A DNA stretch of 64,000 nt from Peptococcaceae bacterium (lineage in GTDB: Bacteria; Bacillota; Desulfotomaculia; Desulfotomaculales; JACDOK01): the NCBI GenBank assembly GCA_017656185.1, contig JACDOK010000008.1, positions 2,093-66,092 on the forward strand, given 5' to 3'. Positions 10,934 through 19,505 of the stretch are shown here, piece by piece. Position 1 is the first letter of the stretch, and each line of letters opens with the position of its first letter. Under the pieces are notes generated by a model that saw nothing but the letters and a program-made list of their open reading frames with translations, made no database searches and had not been told where the DNA came from. The translations under genes were made by a program, and so were the position numbers.

Positions 10934-10963
10934 ATTATAACATATGGTCCGAATCCAAGTCAA
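10934..10963 (-). promoter_or_regulatory. sigma-A-type promoter driving the riboswitch-kamA transcript
   Basis: TTGACT-18 nt-TATAAT with a TGn extended -10 (atgtTATAAT), ~30 nt upstream of the aptamer. Confidence 0.6.
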
Positions 10964-10986
10964 CGACGCGCAATTTCAGCTCTCAT

Positions 10987-11610
10987 TTATATATCATTAT
11001 AATAAAGATGTGCCGTATCATTAAACAGTATTAACATCGCCCGTTCATCGTCAAAAACTTCTAGAATATTCAACGCCACATTATCCTGTCTCAAACGCCA
11101 ATATTCATTTAGATCTAAACCAAGCAGGGCACTGATTGAAGCACGGATGGTCCCCCCATGGGATACCACCAATACCTGCCGATCCTGATGCTGCCTGGCA
11201 ACAGCAAGTAGAAAATTTATAGCCCTAGCTGCCACTTCACCTAACGTCTCGCCTTGTGGCAATCTGGTAGTCAAAGGAGACGACCACCAGCGCTTAGATA
11301 AATCCGGAAAACGCTCCTTAATTTCATCCCGGCTTAAACCTTCCCAAGCACCGAAACAAATTTCCCTAAGAGCGGGACTTGTTTCAATATCTATACCGTG
11401 GGGTTCAGCCAAAATGCGTGCTGTTTCATATGTCCGCTGCAAATCACTTGCATAAATCGCCGCAAACTTTTCGTTACGCAGTCTACGTGCCAATCTCTGG
11501 GCTTGAATAACTCCACGTTCACTAAGAGGAACATCGGTATGGCCTTGGTACTTCATAGCGTGATTCCATAAAGTTTCCCCGTGCCGTACCAGAAACAATT
11601 TACAGCCCAA
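10987..11610 (-). CDS. histidine phosphatase family protein (phosphoglycerate mutase / alpha-ribazole phosphatase-like)
   Basis: 207 aa with the catalytic LVRHGETLWN (RHG) motif and a downstream SHGG. Confidence 0.8.
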   Translation of the reverse strand: MGCKLFLVRHGETLWNHAMKYQGHTDVPLSERGVIQAQRLARRLRNEKFAAIYASDLQRTYETARILAEPHGIDIETSPALREICFGAWEGLSRDEIKERFPDLSKRWWSSPLTTRLPQGETLGEVAARAINFLLAVARQHQDRQVLVVSHGGTIRASISALLGLDLNEYWRLRQDNVALNILEVFDDERAMLILFNDTAHLYYNDI

Positions 11611-11653
11611 AATAATCCTCCTTCATATTGACACAACATTTCCGTACAATGCA

Positions 11654-11680
11654 CAAAAACCCCAGTTGTATAACTGAGGT
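11654..11680 (-). terminator. intrinsic terminator after the DUF3842 gene
   Basis: Minus strand CCUCAGUU-auaca-AACUGGGG followed by UUUUUGUG. Confidence 0.6.
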
Positions 11681-11690
11681 CTTTATCACA

Positions 11691-12104
11691 CTAGCTTAAC
11701 ATTGCCTTGATTTCTGCTACAGCTTCTTCTATCAGATGGGGAAGAGGTTCCGGAATGCCTAATCCTACTAATTTGACATTACCGCGCAACAAGGGTAGCA
11801 ACACTTTACGCCCGGGGCTGCAAGCAATAGCTTCTGCCATCTTGGGGGTTAACTCACCCATCATACTATTGGGAATAATTATTCCTAAAGGCCCGATAAT
11901 AATATCTACCTGTCCGGCGACATAACAAACCGCATTCTCACCACTGGCACCTTCATTAGCCCCGGCTTTTAACATCACAGAAGTAGCCAAAGCATTAGTG
12001 CCTAAAGCAATGATTTCCACTTCTTCAGGTAATTCTTCGCGCAGTCTTTTGGTAATATGTTTGCCGATGCCGCCACCCTGACCGTCAACTACCGCAATGC
12101 GCAT
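11691..12104 (-). CDS. DUF3842-family protein
   Basis: 137 aa. The MRIAVVDGQGGGIGKHI N-terminus is typical of this family as I remember it. Confidence 0.65.
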   Translation of the reverse strand: MRIAVVDGQGGGIGKHITKRLREELPEEVEIIALGTNALATSVMLKAGANEGASGENAVCYVAGQVDIIIGPLGIIIPNSMMGELTPKMAEAIACSPGRKVLLPLLRGNVKLVGLGIPEPLPHLIEEAVAEIKAMLS

Positions 12105-12146
12105 CCCTTGCTCTCCTTTGGTATAATAATACCATAAGGGATAGTC

Positions 12147-12172
12147 AAAAAAAAGAGACCCTTTTACGGGTC
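12147..12172 (-). terminator. intrinsic terminator after the 89-aa coiled-coil ORF
   Basis: Short stem GACCC-gtaaaa-GGGTC followed by an 8-U tract on the minus strand. Confidence 0.5.
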
Positions 12173-12203
12173 GTTTTAAGTACGATGTATTAAAGTACTT
12201 TTA

Positions 12204-12473
12204 TTACCGCTCTGTACTCTCACTATTATATCTCTGCTCTAGTTTATATTTTAACTCCAGTATCTGTCTATTTTTCTGCAACAAACTTTGTGCGTAATGT
12301 TGATTGGCACGATGGAGGCGGCGATTTTCTCTTTCCAATTTTTCCAAAAAGGCGGTTTTTTTCTGCTCCATTCTTTCTAATAAATGTAATAAAACTCTCC
12401 GGCTTAAACGTAACTGCAGTAGTTTATCCTCTAATTCTTTTATTCGTTGTTGGAGTTCCTGCGTGTTTTCCAT
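12204..12473 (-). CDS. hypothetical small coiled-coil protein
   Basis: 89-aa ORF, Leu/Glu/Arg heptad-rich. A GGAGGG SD lies upstream and a terminator downstream. Confidence 0.5.
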   Translation of the reverse strand: MENTQELQQRIKELEDKLLQLRLSRRVLLHLLERMEQKKTAFLEKLERENRRLHRANQHYAQSLLQKNRQILELKYKLEQRYNSESTER

Positions 12474-12537
12474 TTCCAGCCCTCCAAAACGAAGCGTTAT
12501 TATTATTTTATGTAAAAGAGGGCAAAAATAGACTTAA

Positions 12538-13527
12538 TTACCCCAAAACTTCCCTAATTACTCTCAGGAAGTTACCTCCCAAAATCTTACCTATATCAGC
12601 CTCATCATACCCCCTATGCAATAATCCTTCTACCAGTTTTTCGTAACCCGCAGCATCTTCTATACCCGCCGGGCGCCCAGAAAAACCATCGAAATCCGAA
12701 CCCAATCCGACGCACCCGATACCGCCCAGCTGTACCGCATGGTCAATGTGATCCAGTAAAGCATCCAGTGACGGGCAGTCTTTATGCACAAACTCAGGAA
12801 CAAAGGTGATACCCATTACTCCTCCTTGACGACTTAAGGCCCGAATTTGATTATCGCTGAGGTTACGAGGGTGATCACAAATATGACGAGTATTAGCATG
12901 CGAAGCGATTACAGGTGAAACGGAAACATCCATTACTTTCCAAAAACCGGTCTCTGATAGATGTGCCACGTCAACAAGCATGCCTAACCGATTCATTTCC
13001 TGCACCACGGCTACCCCAAAACCAGTTAACGAACCGCCGGTAAATCTTTCATCCACCCCGTCAGCCAACTCATTTCTCCCGTTCCAGGTAAGTCCTAGTC
13101 CCCTTACACCAAGACGGTAGAGAACCCTCAATACACGTATGCTACCTTCCAAGGCCTCACCACCCTCTACCGTCAACAAGGCGGCAATGCAGCCGTTGTT
13201 CACGGCGTGCACAATATCGTCACAATTGCGAACAAGTACAACTTTACCATTCGAATCTTGCTGTACATTTTGATAAAAAGTATCTATAAGTTCTAAGACA
13301 CGGCAAAGGAACCGTCCCCGAAACCTCGGGCTGGCAAAGGCTGCAAAAAATTGCACCTTGACTCCACCACGTACCAATCGAGGCAGGTCAAGGTGCCCTT
13401 TGTCCCGATACTCCCGAAAACGCTCCTTCCCCTCACATAACGGAATTAACGTATCACAATGAGCATCAACAATTATACTGTTTTTAGTAATGATTGCGGC
13501 CCGTCCATCCGGCATTTTTTGAACCAA
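12538..13527 (-). CDS. membrane dipeptidase (peptidase M19 family)
   Basis: 329 aa with IVDAHCDT and the HxD...GLGSDFDG motifs of renal-type dipeptidases. Confidence 0.82.
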   Translation of the reverse strand: MVQKMPDGRAAIITKNSIIVDAHCDTLIPLCEGKERFREYRDKGHLDLPRLVRGGVKVQFFAAFASPRFRGRFLCRVLELIDTFYQNVQQDSNGKVVLVRNCDDIVHAVNNGCIAALLTVEGGEALEGSIRVLRVLYRLGVRGLGLTWNGRNELADGVDERFTGGSLTGFGVAVVQEMNRLGMLVDVAHLSETGFWKVMDVSVSPVIASHANTRHICDHPRNLSDNQIRALSRQGGVMGITFVPEFVHKDCPSLDALLDHIDHAVQLGGIGCVGLGSDFDGFSGRPAGIEDAAGYEKLVEGLLHRGYDEADIGKILGGNFLRVIREVLG

Positions 13528-13545
13528 CGAACTCCCCCTTTTGTA

Positions 13546-13806
13546 TTAGCGCGGTTCAACTATCAGTTTGATAGCAGTTCTTTCCTCGCCATCAATCATG
13601 ATATCGGTAAACGCCGGGATACATATTAAGTCCATACCACTAGGTGCAACGAACCCTCTTGCAATTGCAATAGCCTTTATGGCTTGGTTTATTGCGCCGG
13701 CTCCAATAGCCTGCAATTCTGCACTCCCTCGTTCCCGCAGAACACCAGCCAAAGCCCCTGCTACCGAATTTGGATTAGATTTTGCTGAAACCTTTAAAAC
13801 TTCCAT
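13546..13806 (-). CDS. spoVS: stage V sporulation protein S
   Basis: 86 aa. MEVLKVSAKSNPNSVAGALAGVLRE... is near-identical in pattern to SpoVS. rny-ymdB-spoVS synteny matches B. subtilis. Confidence 0.93.
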   Translation of the reverse strand: MEVLKVSAKSNPNSVAGALAGVLRERGSAELQAIGAGAINQAIKAIAIARGFVAPSGMDLICIPAFTDIMIDGEERTAIKLIVEPR

Positions 13807-13913
13807 CTTGTGACCTCCTTAGATTCTGGTCAAAGTTCTGGCAATTTTTTAAAATTGTATTCGCCAGATTCAACAAAATTCCTTGTGCATATATGGAAAA
13901 TTTTTTAAATGGG

Positions 13914-14705
13914 TTACTTCGCCAAATTTTCCATAAAGTGAATACGTTCAATAGCCAGGGCTTGACCAGTCTCATCGTTGATATCCAGTACTATAGCATT
14001 AAACTGATAAGGGCCTGTGGCAACAGCAAATCTTTGTGGCAACATTGAAATAAACTTGTTAATAACTAACTCCTTTTTAACACCTATTACTGAATCACGG
14101 GGGCCAGTCATTCCGACGTCAGTGATATAAGCAGTACCTCCAGGTAAAATGCGCTCATCTGCCGTCTGAACATGAGTATGCGTCCCTACCACGGCACTTA
14201 CCCGGCCTGCCAGATACCATCCCAGAGCTATCTTTTCTGAAGTTGCTTCCGCGTGAAAATCAAGTAGTGTTACTTGAGTATATTCCTTTATTTCGGCTAG
14301 CATTTCATCGGCTTTTCTAAAGGGGCAATCCAGTTCCGGCATAAAAACACGGCCCGAAAGGTTGCATACCGCAACCTTCGCGCCGCTTTTTACTTCAAAA
14401 ATACCGTAACCTGCTCCTGGAGTCCCGGGAGGGTAATTGGCCGGTCTTACAATTCTGTAATCTGTATCGATAAACGAAAACACTTCTTTTTTGTCCCAGA
14501 CGTGATTACCCATCGTTAAAACATCAATACCGATGCTAAATAACTCCTCAGCTACACTCTGGGTAATACCGTTACCCCCCGCGGCATTTTCGCCGTTGGC
14601 TATAACAAAATCAATATCCCATTCCTGGGTTAAACGTTTGAGGTTTTCACGTACCGCTCTGCGGCCTGGCCTTCCAACAATATCGCCAATCATTAACAGC
14701 CGCAC
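13914..14705 (-). CDS. ymdB: YmdB-family metallophosphoesterase (2',3'-cyclic-nucleotide phosphodiesterase)
   Basis: 263 aa. MRLLMIGDIVGRPGR plus GNH and GTHTH metallophosphoesterase motifs. Lies directly downstream of rny. Confidence 0.9.
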   Translation of the reverse strand: MRLLMIGDIVGRPGRRAVRENLKRLTQEWDIDFVIANGENAAGGNGITQSVAEELFSIGIDVLTMGNHVWDKKEVFSFIDTDYRIVRPANYPPGTPGAGYGIFEVKSGAKVAVCNLSGRVFMPELDCPFRKADEMLAEIKEYTQVTLLDFHAEATSEKIALGWYLAGRVSAVVGTHTHVQTADERILPGGTAYITDVGMTGPRDSVIGVKKELVINKFISMLPQRFAVATGPYQFNAIVLDINDETGQALAIERIHFMENLAK

Positions 14706-14729
14706 CGTATTCCTCCGTCCAAAGGCTTT

Positions 14730-16268
14730 CTATTTCGCGTACTCGACCACCCTGGTTTCTCTAATGATAATGACTTTGATCTGCCCGGGATAATCGAGTT
14801 CATTTTCGACTTTACGTGCAATTTCACGTACCAAGCGAACCGCACCAAGGTCATCTACTTTATCGGGTTTAACCATAATGCGAATTTCGCGCCCCGCCTG
14901 AATGGCATATGCTTTATCAACTCCGCTAAAGGAATTGGCGATTTCCTCAAGCTTGGTCAAACGCTTGATGTATGACTCCAGGGTCTCGCGCCGTGCACCG
15001 GGCCGTGCTGCAGAAATGGCATCGGCTGCCTGAACAAGTACGGCTTCAACAGTCTTTGGTTCTTCGTCACCGTGATGAGCGGCTATAGCGTGCAATACCT
15101 CGGGGCTTTCCCCGTACTTTTTCGCTAAATCCACACCTATGGCCACGTGCGGGCCTTCCACTTCATGGTCAACCGCCTTACCAATATCGTGCAGTAGACC
15201 GGCCCTCCGGGCTAATTTCTGGTCGGCACCCAGCTCAGACGCCATTATACCGGCCAAATAGGCCACCTCAATAGAATGTTTTAAAACATTCTGCCCGTAA
15301 CTCGTCCGGAATTTCAGCCTGCCTAGAAGTTTAATCAGGTCGGAATGCAAGCCGTGCACATTAACCTCAAAAGCAGCCGTTTCACCAGCCTCACGTATTT
15401 GCGCCTCAATTTCCCTTCGCGCCTTTTCCACCATTTCCTCAATACGGGCTGGATGGATACGCCCGTCCGCAATTAGTTTCTCAAGAGCCAGACGTGCCGT
15501 TTCACGACGGATAGGATCAAACGCCGAAAGTATGACAGCCTCAGGGGTATCATCAATAATCAAGTCTACTCCCGTAAGGGTTTCAAAAGAGCGTATATTT
15601 CGACCTTCACGGCCAATAATCCGCCCTTTCATCTCATCATTAGGCAGTGGTATTACCGCCACGGTTGACTCGGCAACGTGATCCGCCGCGCATCGCTGAA
15701 TAGCAAGCGATATGATGTCCCGGGCGCGCCGTTCACCCTCCTCTTTGGCCTTGTTCTCCATATCCTTTATCATCAGGGCTGTTTCTTGCTGTATCTCTTG
15801 TTCGACGTCACGTAATAGTATTTGGCGTGCTTCATCCTTTGTCATTCCGGAGATACGTTCCAGTTCCTGCAACTGTTTTTGATAGAGGCTGTCCAATTCC
15901 TCTTTAAGATGTGCCAACTCTGCGTCTTTCTTATGGAGGTTTTCTTCCTTTTTCTCTAGTGCTTCTAGCTTACGATCAAGGGCCTCCTCTTTCTGGACCA
16001 AACGGCGTTCATGCCTTTGTAACTCCGCCCGGCGTTCCCGATTTTCCCGTTCCATATCATTGCGGAGTTTAAGAGCTTCTTCCTTCGCTTCAACAAGCGC
16101 TTCTCTTTTTTTGGCAACGGCCTCTTTAGCTGCTTCATCAAGGATCATTTTGGCTCTGTCTTCCGCCGCAGCAATTTTCATCTCAGCCAAATATCTACGA
16201 AGCACGTAACCTGCCAAAAAGCCGCCTAATAAAGCGATTATACCAATAACAAAAGTTATTGAGTTCAC
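14730..16268 (-). CDS. rny: ribonuclease Y
   Basis: 512 aa with an N-terminal TM helix, a coiled region, a KH domain and an HD domain ([12 protein letters not shown]). GTG start with an AAGGAGGTG SD. Confidence 0.95.
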   Translation of the reverse strand: MNSITFVIGIIALLGGFLAGYVLRRYLAEMKIAAAEDRAKMILDEAAKEAVAKKREALVEAKEEALKLRNDMERENRERRAELQRHERRLVQKEEALDRKLEALEKKEENLHKKDAELAHLKEELDSLYQKQLQELERISGMTKDEARQILLRDVEQEIQQETALMIKDMENKAKEEGERRARDIISLAIQRCAADHVAESTVAVIPLPNDEMKGRIIGREGRNIRSFETLTGVDLIIDDTPEAVILSAFDPIRRETARLALEKLIADGRIHPARIEEMVEKARREIEAQIREAGETAAFEVNVHGLHSDLIKLLGRLKFRTSYGQNVLKHSIEVAYLAGIMASELGADQKLARRAGLLHDIGKAVDHEVEGPHVAIGVDLAKKYGESPEVLHAIAAHHGDEEPKTVEAVLVQAADAISAARPGARRETLESYIKRLTKLEEIANSFSGVDKAYAIQAGREIRIMVKPDKVDDLGAVRLVREIARKVENELDYPGQIKVIIIRETRVVEYAK

Positions 16269-16316
16269 TTGTATTCACCTCCTTGCTGCCATTAAGTAAA
16301 GTAACTTTTTGCTAAT

Positions 16317-16455
16317 AAAAAAACCGAGGATACCTCGGCAGAAAAATTGAATTGGCATCAAACACACATATAGGGAGTAGTTCCCTACTTTTTAAGTTTA
16401 TTTGGTTTTTATATACCAAAACCCGAAGGGTGTTGATGCCAATTCTATTTTCTCC
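16317..16455 (-). promoter_or_regulatory. structured rny 5' leader: four-way junction (16349-16445) followed by an intrinsic terminator (16317-16339)
   Basis: Minus strand: closing helix GAAUUGGCAUCAACAC / GUGUUUGAUGCCAAUUC (13+3 bp). It encloses three hairpins (CCC-UUCG-GGU; UUUGGU-8 nt-ACCAAA; UAGGGA-acuac-UCCCUA). Then CCGAGG-uau-CCUCGG plus 7 U, ~50 nt before the start codon. Confidence 0.6.
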
Positions 16456-16462
16456 CAAAGCT

Positions 16463-16491
16463 ATTTTATTAAGTATAACTTTAGGTGTCAA
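16463..16491 (-). promoter_or_regulatory. sigma-A-type promoter for rny
   Basis: TTGACA-17 nt-TAAAAT on the minus strand, downstream of the nfu terminator. Confidence 0.65.
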
Positions 16492-16500
16492 GTTGAACGT

Positions 16501-16529
16501 GCAAAACAAAAAACGCCCATCCGGGCGTT
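16501..16529 (-). terminator. intrinsic terminator of the nfu-like gene
   Basis: Minus strand AACGCCC-ggau-GGGCGUU followed by UUUUGUUUUG. Confidence 0.75.
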
Positions 16530-16563
16530 ATATACCTGTTATGACAATTCTATGCAGCCACAC

Positions 16564-16785
16564 TTACGGAACCTGTACAACTTCTTTAACTTCAGGGATA
16601 GCTTGTTTGAGGGTTCTTTCAATACCCTGTCTTAATGTCATGGTGGACATGGGGCAACCAGCACAGGCACCTTTTAAACGAACCTTTACCACACCATCTT
16701 CCACATCTACCAATTCAACGTCGCCCCCGTCACGCTGCAGCGCAGGCCTGACTTCATTAAGTATTTCTGCTACCTTTTCCTTCAT
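16564..16785 (-). CDS. NifU-like (Nfu) Fe-S cluster assembly domain protein
   Basis: RPALQRDGGDVELVDVEDGVVKVRLKGACAGCPMS is the Nfu CxxC domain. GGAGG lies 6 nt before the ATG at 16785, so the track's 16-codon extension is rejected. Confidence 0.85.
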   Translation of the reverse strand: MKEKVAEILNEVRPALQRDGGDVELVDVEDGVVKVRLKGACAGCPMSTMTLRQGIERTLKQAIPEVKEVVQVP

Positions 16786-16890
16786 TACAATCCTCCATTC
16801 CAATTCGCTATATTTTATTAAATAGTCTAACAAAATAACCTTGGATCAACAAGGAAATTAACCCCAACAAAATTTTATAAAATGATATCC

Positions 16891-16926
16891 TTAAAAATAA
16901 ATAAATCCCCGAAGGGATTTATTTAT
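16891..16926 (-). terminator. intrinsic terminator after tRNA-Leu
   Basis: 13-bp stem ATAAATAAATCCC-ttcg-GGGATTTATTTAT followed by TTTTTAAGG on the minus strand. Confidence 0.7.
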
Positions 16927-16938
16927 ATCAATTGATTT

Positions 16939-17024
16939 TGGTGCCGAAGGTGGGAGTCGAACCCACACTCCACGAGGGAACACGATTTTGAGTCGTGCGC
17001 GTCTGCCAGTTCCGCCACTTCGGC
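16939..17024 (-). tRNA. tRNA-Leu (anticodon CAA), class II with a long variable arm and encoded CCA
   Basis: Minus strand GCCGAAGTGGCGGAACTGGCAGACGCGCACGACTCAAAATCGTGTTCCCTCGTGGAGTGTGGGTTCGACTCCCACCTTCGGCACCA. It shows a 7-bp acceptor stem, the T-loop GGTTCGA(C)TCC and the anticodon loop CT-CAA-AA. Confidence 0.93.
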
Positions 17025-17036
17025 ACTGCATGTAAT

Positions 17037-17065
17037 ATTATAACACGTTTATAAAGTCCAAGCAA
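17037..17065 (-). promoter_or_regulatory. sigma-A-type promoter for tRNA-Leu
   Basis: TTGCTT-17 nt-TATAAT with a TGn extended -10, placing the start site a few nt upstream of the tRNA 5' end. Confidence 0.55.
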
Positions 17066-17070
17066 CATGT

Positions 17071-17670
17071 TTACTGATGATGAAATTTACGGCGCTGCTT
17101 AACCGCATAAACGACCACTGCCAGCAAAATCCCTAAAATCCCTATTCCTACCAAACGCGGGCGGATCAAGTTCATTATTACCGGCCAGTTATGGCCGAAA
17201 AACATACCAATGCTAAGATATAAAGCTCCCCAAGCCAAACCAAAGAAGGAATTGTATATGATAAAGTGTCCTGCCTCCAGGTTAGCTAATCCTGCAAGAT
17301 ACGGGGTAATATTACCTATACCTGGTATCAAGCGCCCTAACAGAACTAGAAGCCCCACTGAAGAAGCCGGTAAAACCCGGGCTTGGTGAAAATGTTCCGG
17401 AAGTACGCCCAAATATCTCCCGTAACGGCGAAAAAACGGTTCACCAATATTTTTCCCGATTAAATAGGCACTGGTAGATCCCAATGTATAACCTAAAAAG
17501 GCCGCCGTTAAAGCCGGATAAAATTCTAAACGCCCTTGATTAATAAGAAAACCGGCCAGGATAATCATAATACCGCCGGGAAAAAACGGAACCCCTAACG
17601 CCTCTAATGCCATACCTACAGCTATGCCACCGAGGCCTAAAGTTGATAAAAGATCCAAAACATCATTCAA
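17071..17670 (-). CDS. DedA/VTT-family membrane protein
   Basis: 199 aa, polytopic. FFRRYGRY...LGRLIPGIGNITPYLAGLA matches the DedA signature region. Confidence 0.8.
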   Translation of the reverse strand: MNDVLDLLSTLGLGGIAVGMALEALGVPFFPGGIMIILAGFLINQGRLEFYPALTAAFLGYTLGSTSAYLIGKNIGEPFFRRYGRYLGVLPEHFHQARVLPASSVGLLVLLGRLIPGIGNITPYLAGLANLEAGHFIIYNSFFGLAWGALYLSIGMFFGHNWPVIMNLIRPRLVGIGILGILLAVVVYAVKQRRKFHHQ

Positions 17671-17743
17671 GGGTATCCCTCCCTTACTAGGATACCCCGG
17701 TCAGCTAGTCTTGCATCCTCTTATATAATTACCAGTGGGGCTA

Positions 17744-19492
17744 TTACAGAACTTTGGCAAAGCCGCTGTAGATTAAACCACGTTGCCCGTCAATAGTTAT
17801 CGTTTCCCCTTCAGAAAGAACCTTCGTGGCATCTTCTACACCAACAATAACTGGGAGACCGAACTGTAAGCCAACAATGGCAGCATGAGATGTTAATCCG
17901 CTGACTTCAGTGACAATGCCGCCGGCAATTTTCATTGCTGGTACAAAATCACGGTCGGTGGCGGGAGCCACTAATATGTCACCCGGAGATACTTTTTCCC
18001 GTGCTTCTTCAGCATTATGAGCAATCTTAACCGTGCCCGTAACGGCCTTATCACCTAAACCCATACCCTGAGCCAAAACGGTACCTACGGTATGTACCTT
18101 TAGTAAGTTGGTAGTCCCGTGCATACCAACCGGTACACCCGCAGTAATTACAACCAAATCCCCCCCTTTAATAAGACCGGACTGCAGGGCGGCTTCAATC
18201 GAAGCTGCGATCATACCGTCCGTATCTTTTATGGGTTCTACAAGTAAGGCCTTAACCCCGTACACAAGATTAAGCCTGCGTTGAACCTGAACCTGGGGAG
18301 TAACGGCTATAATCGGGCAGTTTGGACGGTATTTAGCAACCATACGAGCGGTATACCCGGTTTGCGTAGAGGTAATTATAGCTGCCGCCCCTAAGTCAGC
18401 GGCCGTTGAGCACGTGGCATAACTAATGGCATCGGTAACGGTGGTTATATTGAAACCCTCATCATAAAGCCTGGTCTCATATGGCAGCTCTTCTTCTACT
18501 TTTAACGATATCCGGGCCATTGTCGCCACTGCTTCAACGGGATAGTCTCCTACTGCCGTTTCGGCAGACAACATTACAGCATCGGTCCCGTCCAGAATGG
18601 CATTAGCCACATCACTTGCTTCGGCACGAGTGGGCCGGGGATTATGAATCATTGATTCTAACATCTGAGTTGCTGTGATGACAGGCTTTCCATTTCTATT
18701 ACACTTGAAAATAATCCGTTTCTGAACCAGGGGGACTTCCTCCGGAGGGATTTCCAGTCCCAAGTCCCCTCTGGCCACCATTATGCCGTCGGAAACCTGA
18801 ATCACGTCGTCTAAGTTACGCACCGCTTCCCAAGTTTCAATTTTGGCAATGATATGAATATCGACACCTGCATCTTCTAAAACTTTACGGACCGATAATA
18901 TGTCTTCGGCCCGGCGTACAAACGATGCCGCAACAAAATCAACACCTTTGGTAATGCCCAATTCCAGGGAAATAAGATCATGATCCGTTAATATGGGAAT
19001 ATGGGTTTTTACACCCGGCAGGTTTACGCCTTTATGGCTGCTGATTTCCCCATCGTTTTTGACTTCACATATAACTTCTTTCTCGGTAACATCGAGCACC
19101 GTAAGACCTACTAACCCATCGGCCAATAAGATTGTATTGCCGGGCTTAACTTCCTGTGTCAGTTGAGCATAATTAACAGGAATACGCTTGGCGCTACCCT
19201 CCACATTCTCAGTGGTTAAAATGACTTTTTCTCCCTGTTTAAGCTCGACCGGCCCGTTTGGAATTTTTCCTAACCGTATCTTGGGTCCCCTTAAATCTAA
19301 CAATATCGCAACATTGGCTTTTTCTTCACCGGCCACTTCACGAATATCGTCAATACGCCTTTCAATTTCCTCTTTACTGGCGTGAGAGGTGTTGAGCCGG
19401 GCAACATCCATCCCTGCACGTATTAACATTCTCAAACGTTCTTTTGAATCACACGCAGGGCCGATAGTGCACACGATTTTGGTATGGCGCAT
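17744..19492 (-). CDS. pyk: pyruvate kinase (with C-terminal PEP-utilizer mobile domain)
   Basis: 582 aa. MRHTKIVCTIGPA, MVARGDLGLEIP and a C-terminal GGIVTEVSGLTSHAAIV domain as in Bacillus Pyk. pfkA-pyk synteny. Confidence 0.95.
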   Translation of the reverse strand: MRHTKIVCTIGPACDSKERLRMLIRAGMDVARLNTSHASKEEIERRIDDIREVAGEEKANVAILLDLRGPKIRLGKIPNGPVELKQGEKVILTTENVEGSAKRIPVNYAQLTQEVKPGNTILLADGLVGLTVLDVTEKEVICEVKNDGEISSHKGVNLPGVKTHIPILTDHDLISLELGITKGVDFVAASFVRRAEDILSVRKVLEDAGVDIHIIAKIETWEAVRNLDDVIQVSDGIMVARGDLGLEIPPEEVPLVQKRIIFKCNRNGKPVITATQMLESMIHNPRPTRAEASDVANAILDGTDAVMLSAETAVGDYPVEAVATMARISLKVEEELPYETRLYDEGFNITTVTDAISYATCSTAADLGAAAIITSTQTGYTARMVAKYRPNCPIIAVTPQVQVQRRLNLVYGVKALLVEPIKDTDGMIAASIEAALQSGLIKGGDLVVITAGVPVGMHGTTNLLKVHTVGTVLAQGMGLGDKAVTGTVKIAHNAEEAREKVSPGDILVAPATDRDFVPAMKIAGGIVTEVSGLTSHAAIVGLQFGLPVIVGVEDATKVLSEGETITIDGQRGLIYSGFAKVL

Positions 19493-19505
19493 TAAATCCC
19501 CTACC

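Noticed and set aside
16312-16509. A 65-aa minus-strand ORF upstream of rny.
   Set aside because: It runs through the promoter, the four-way-junction helices and the intrinsic terminator and has no SD. The region is better explained as a structured leader.
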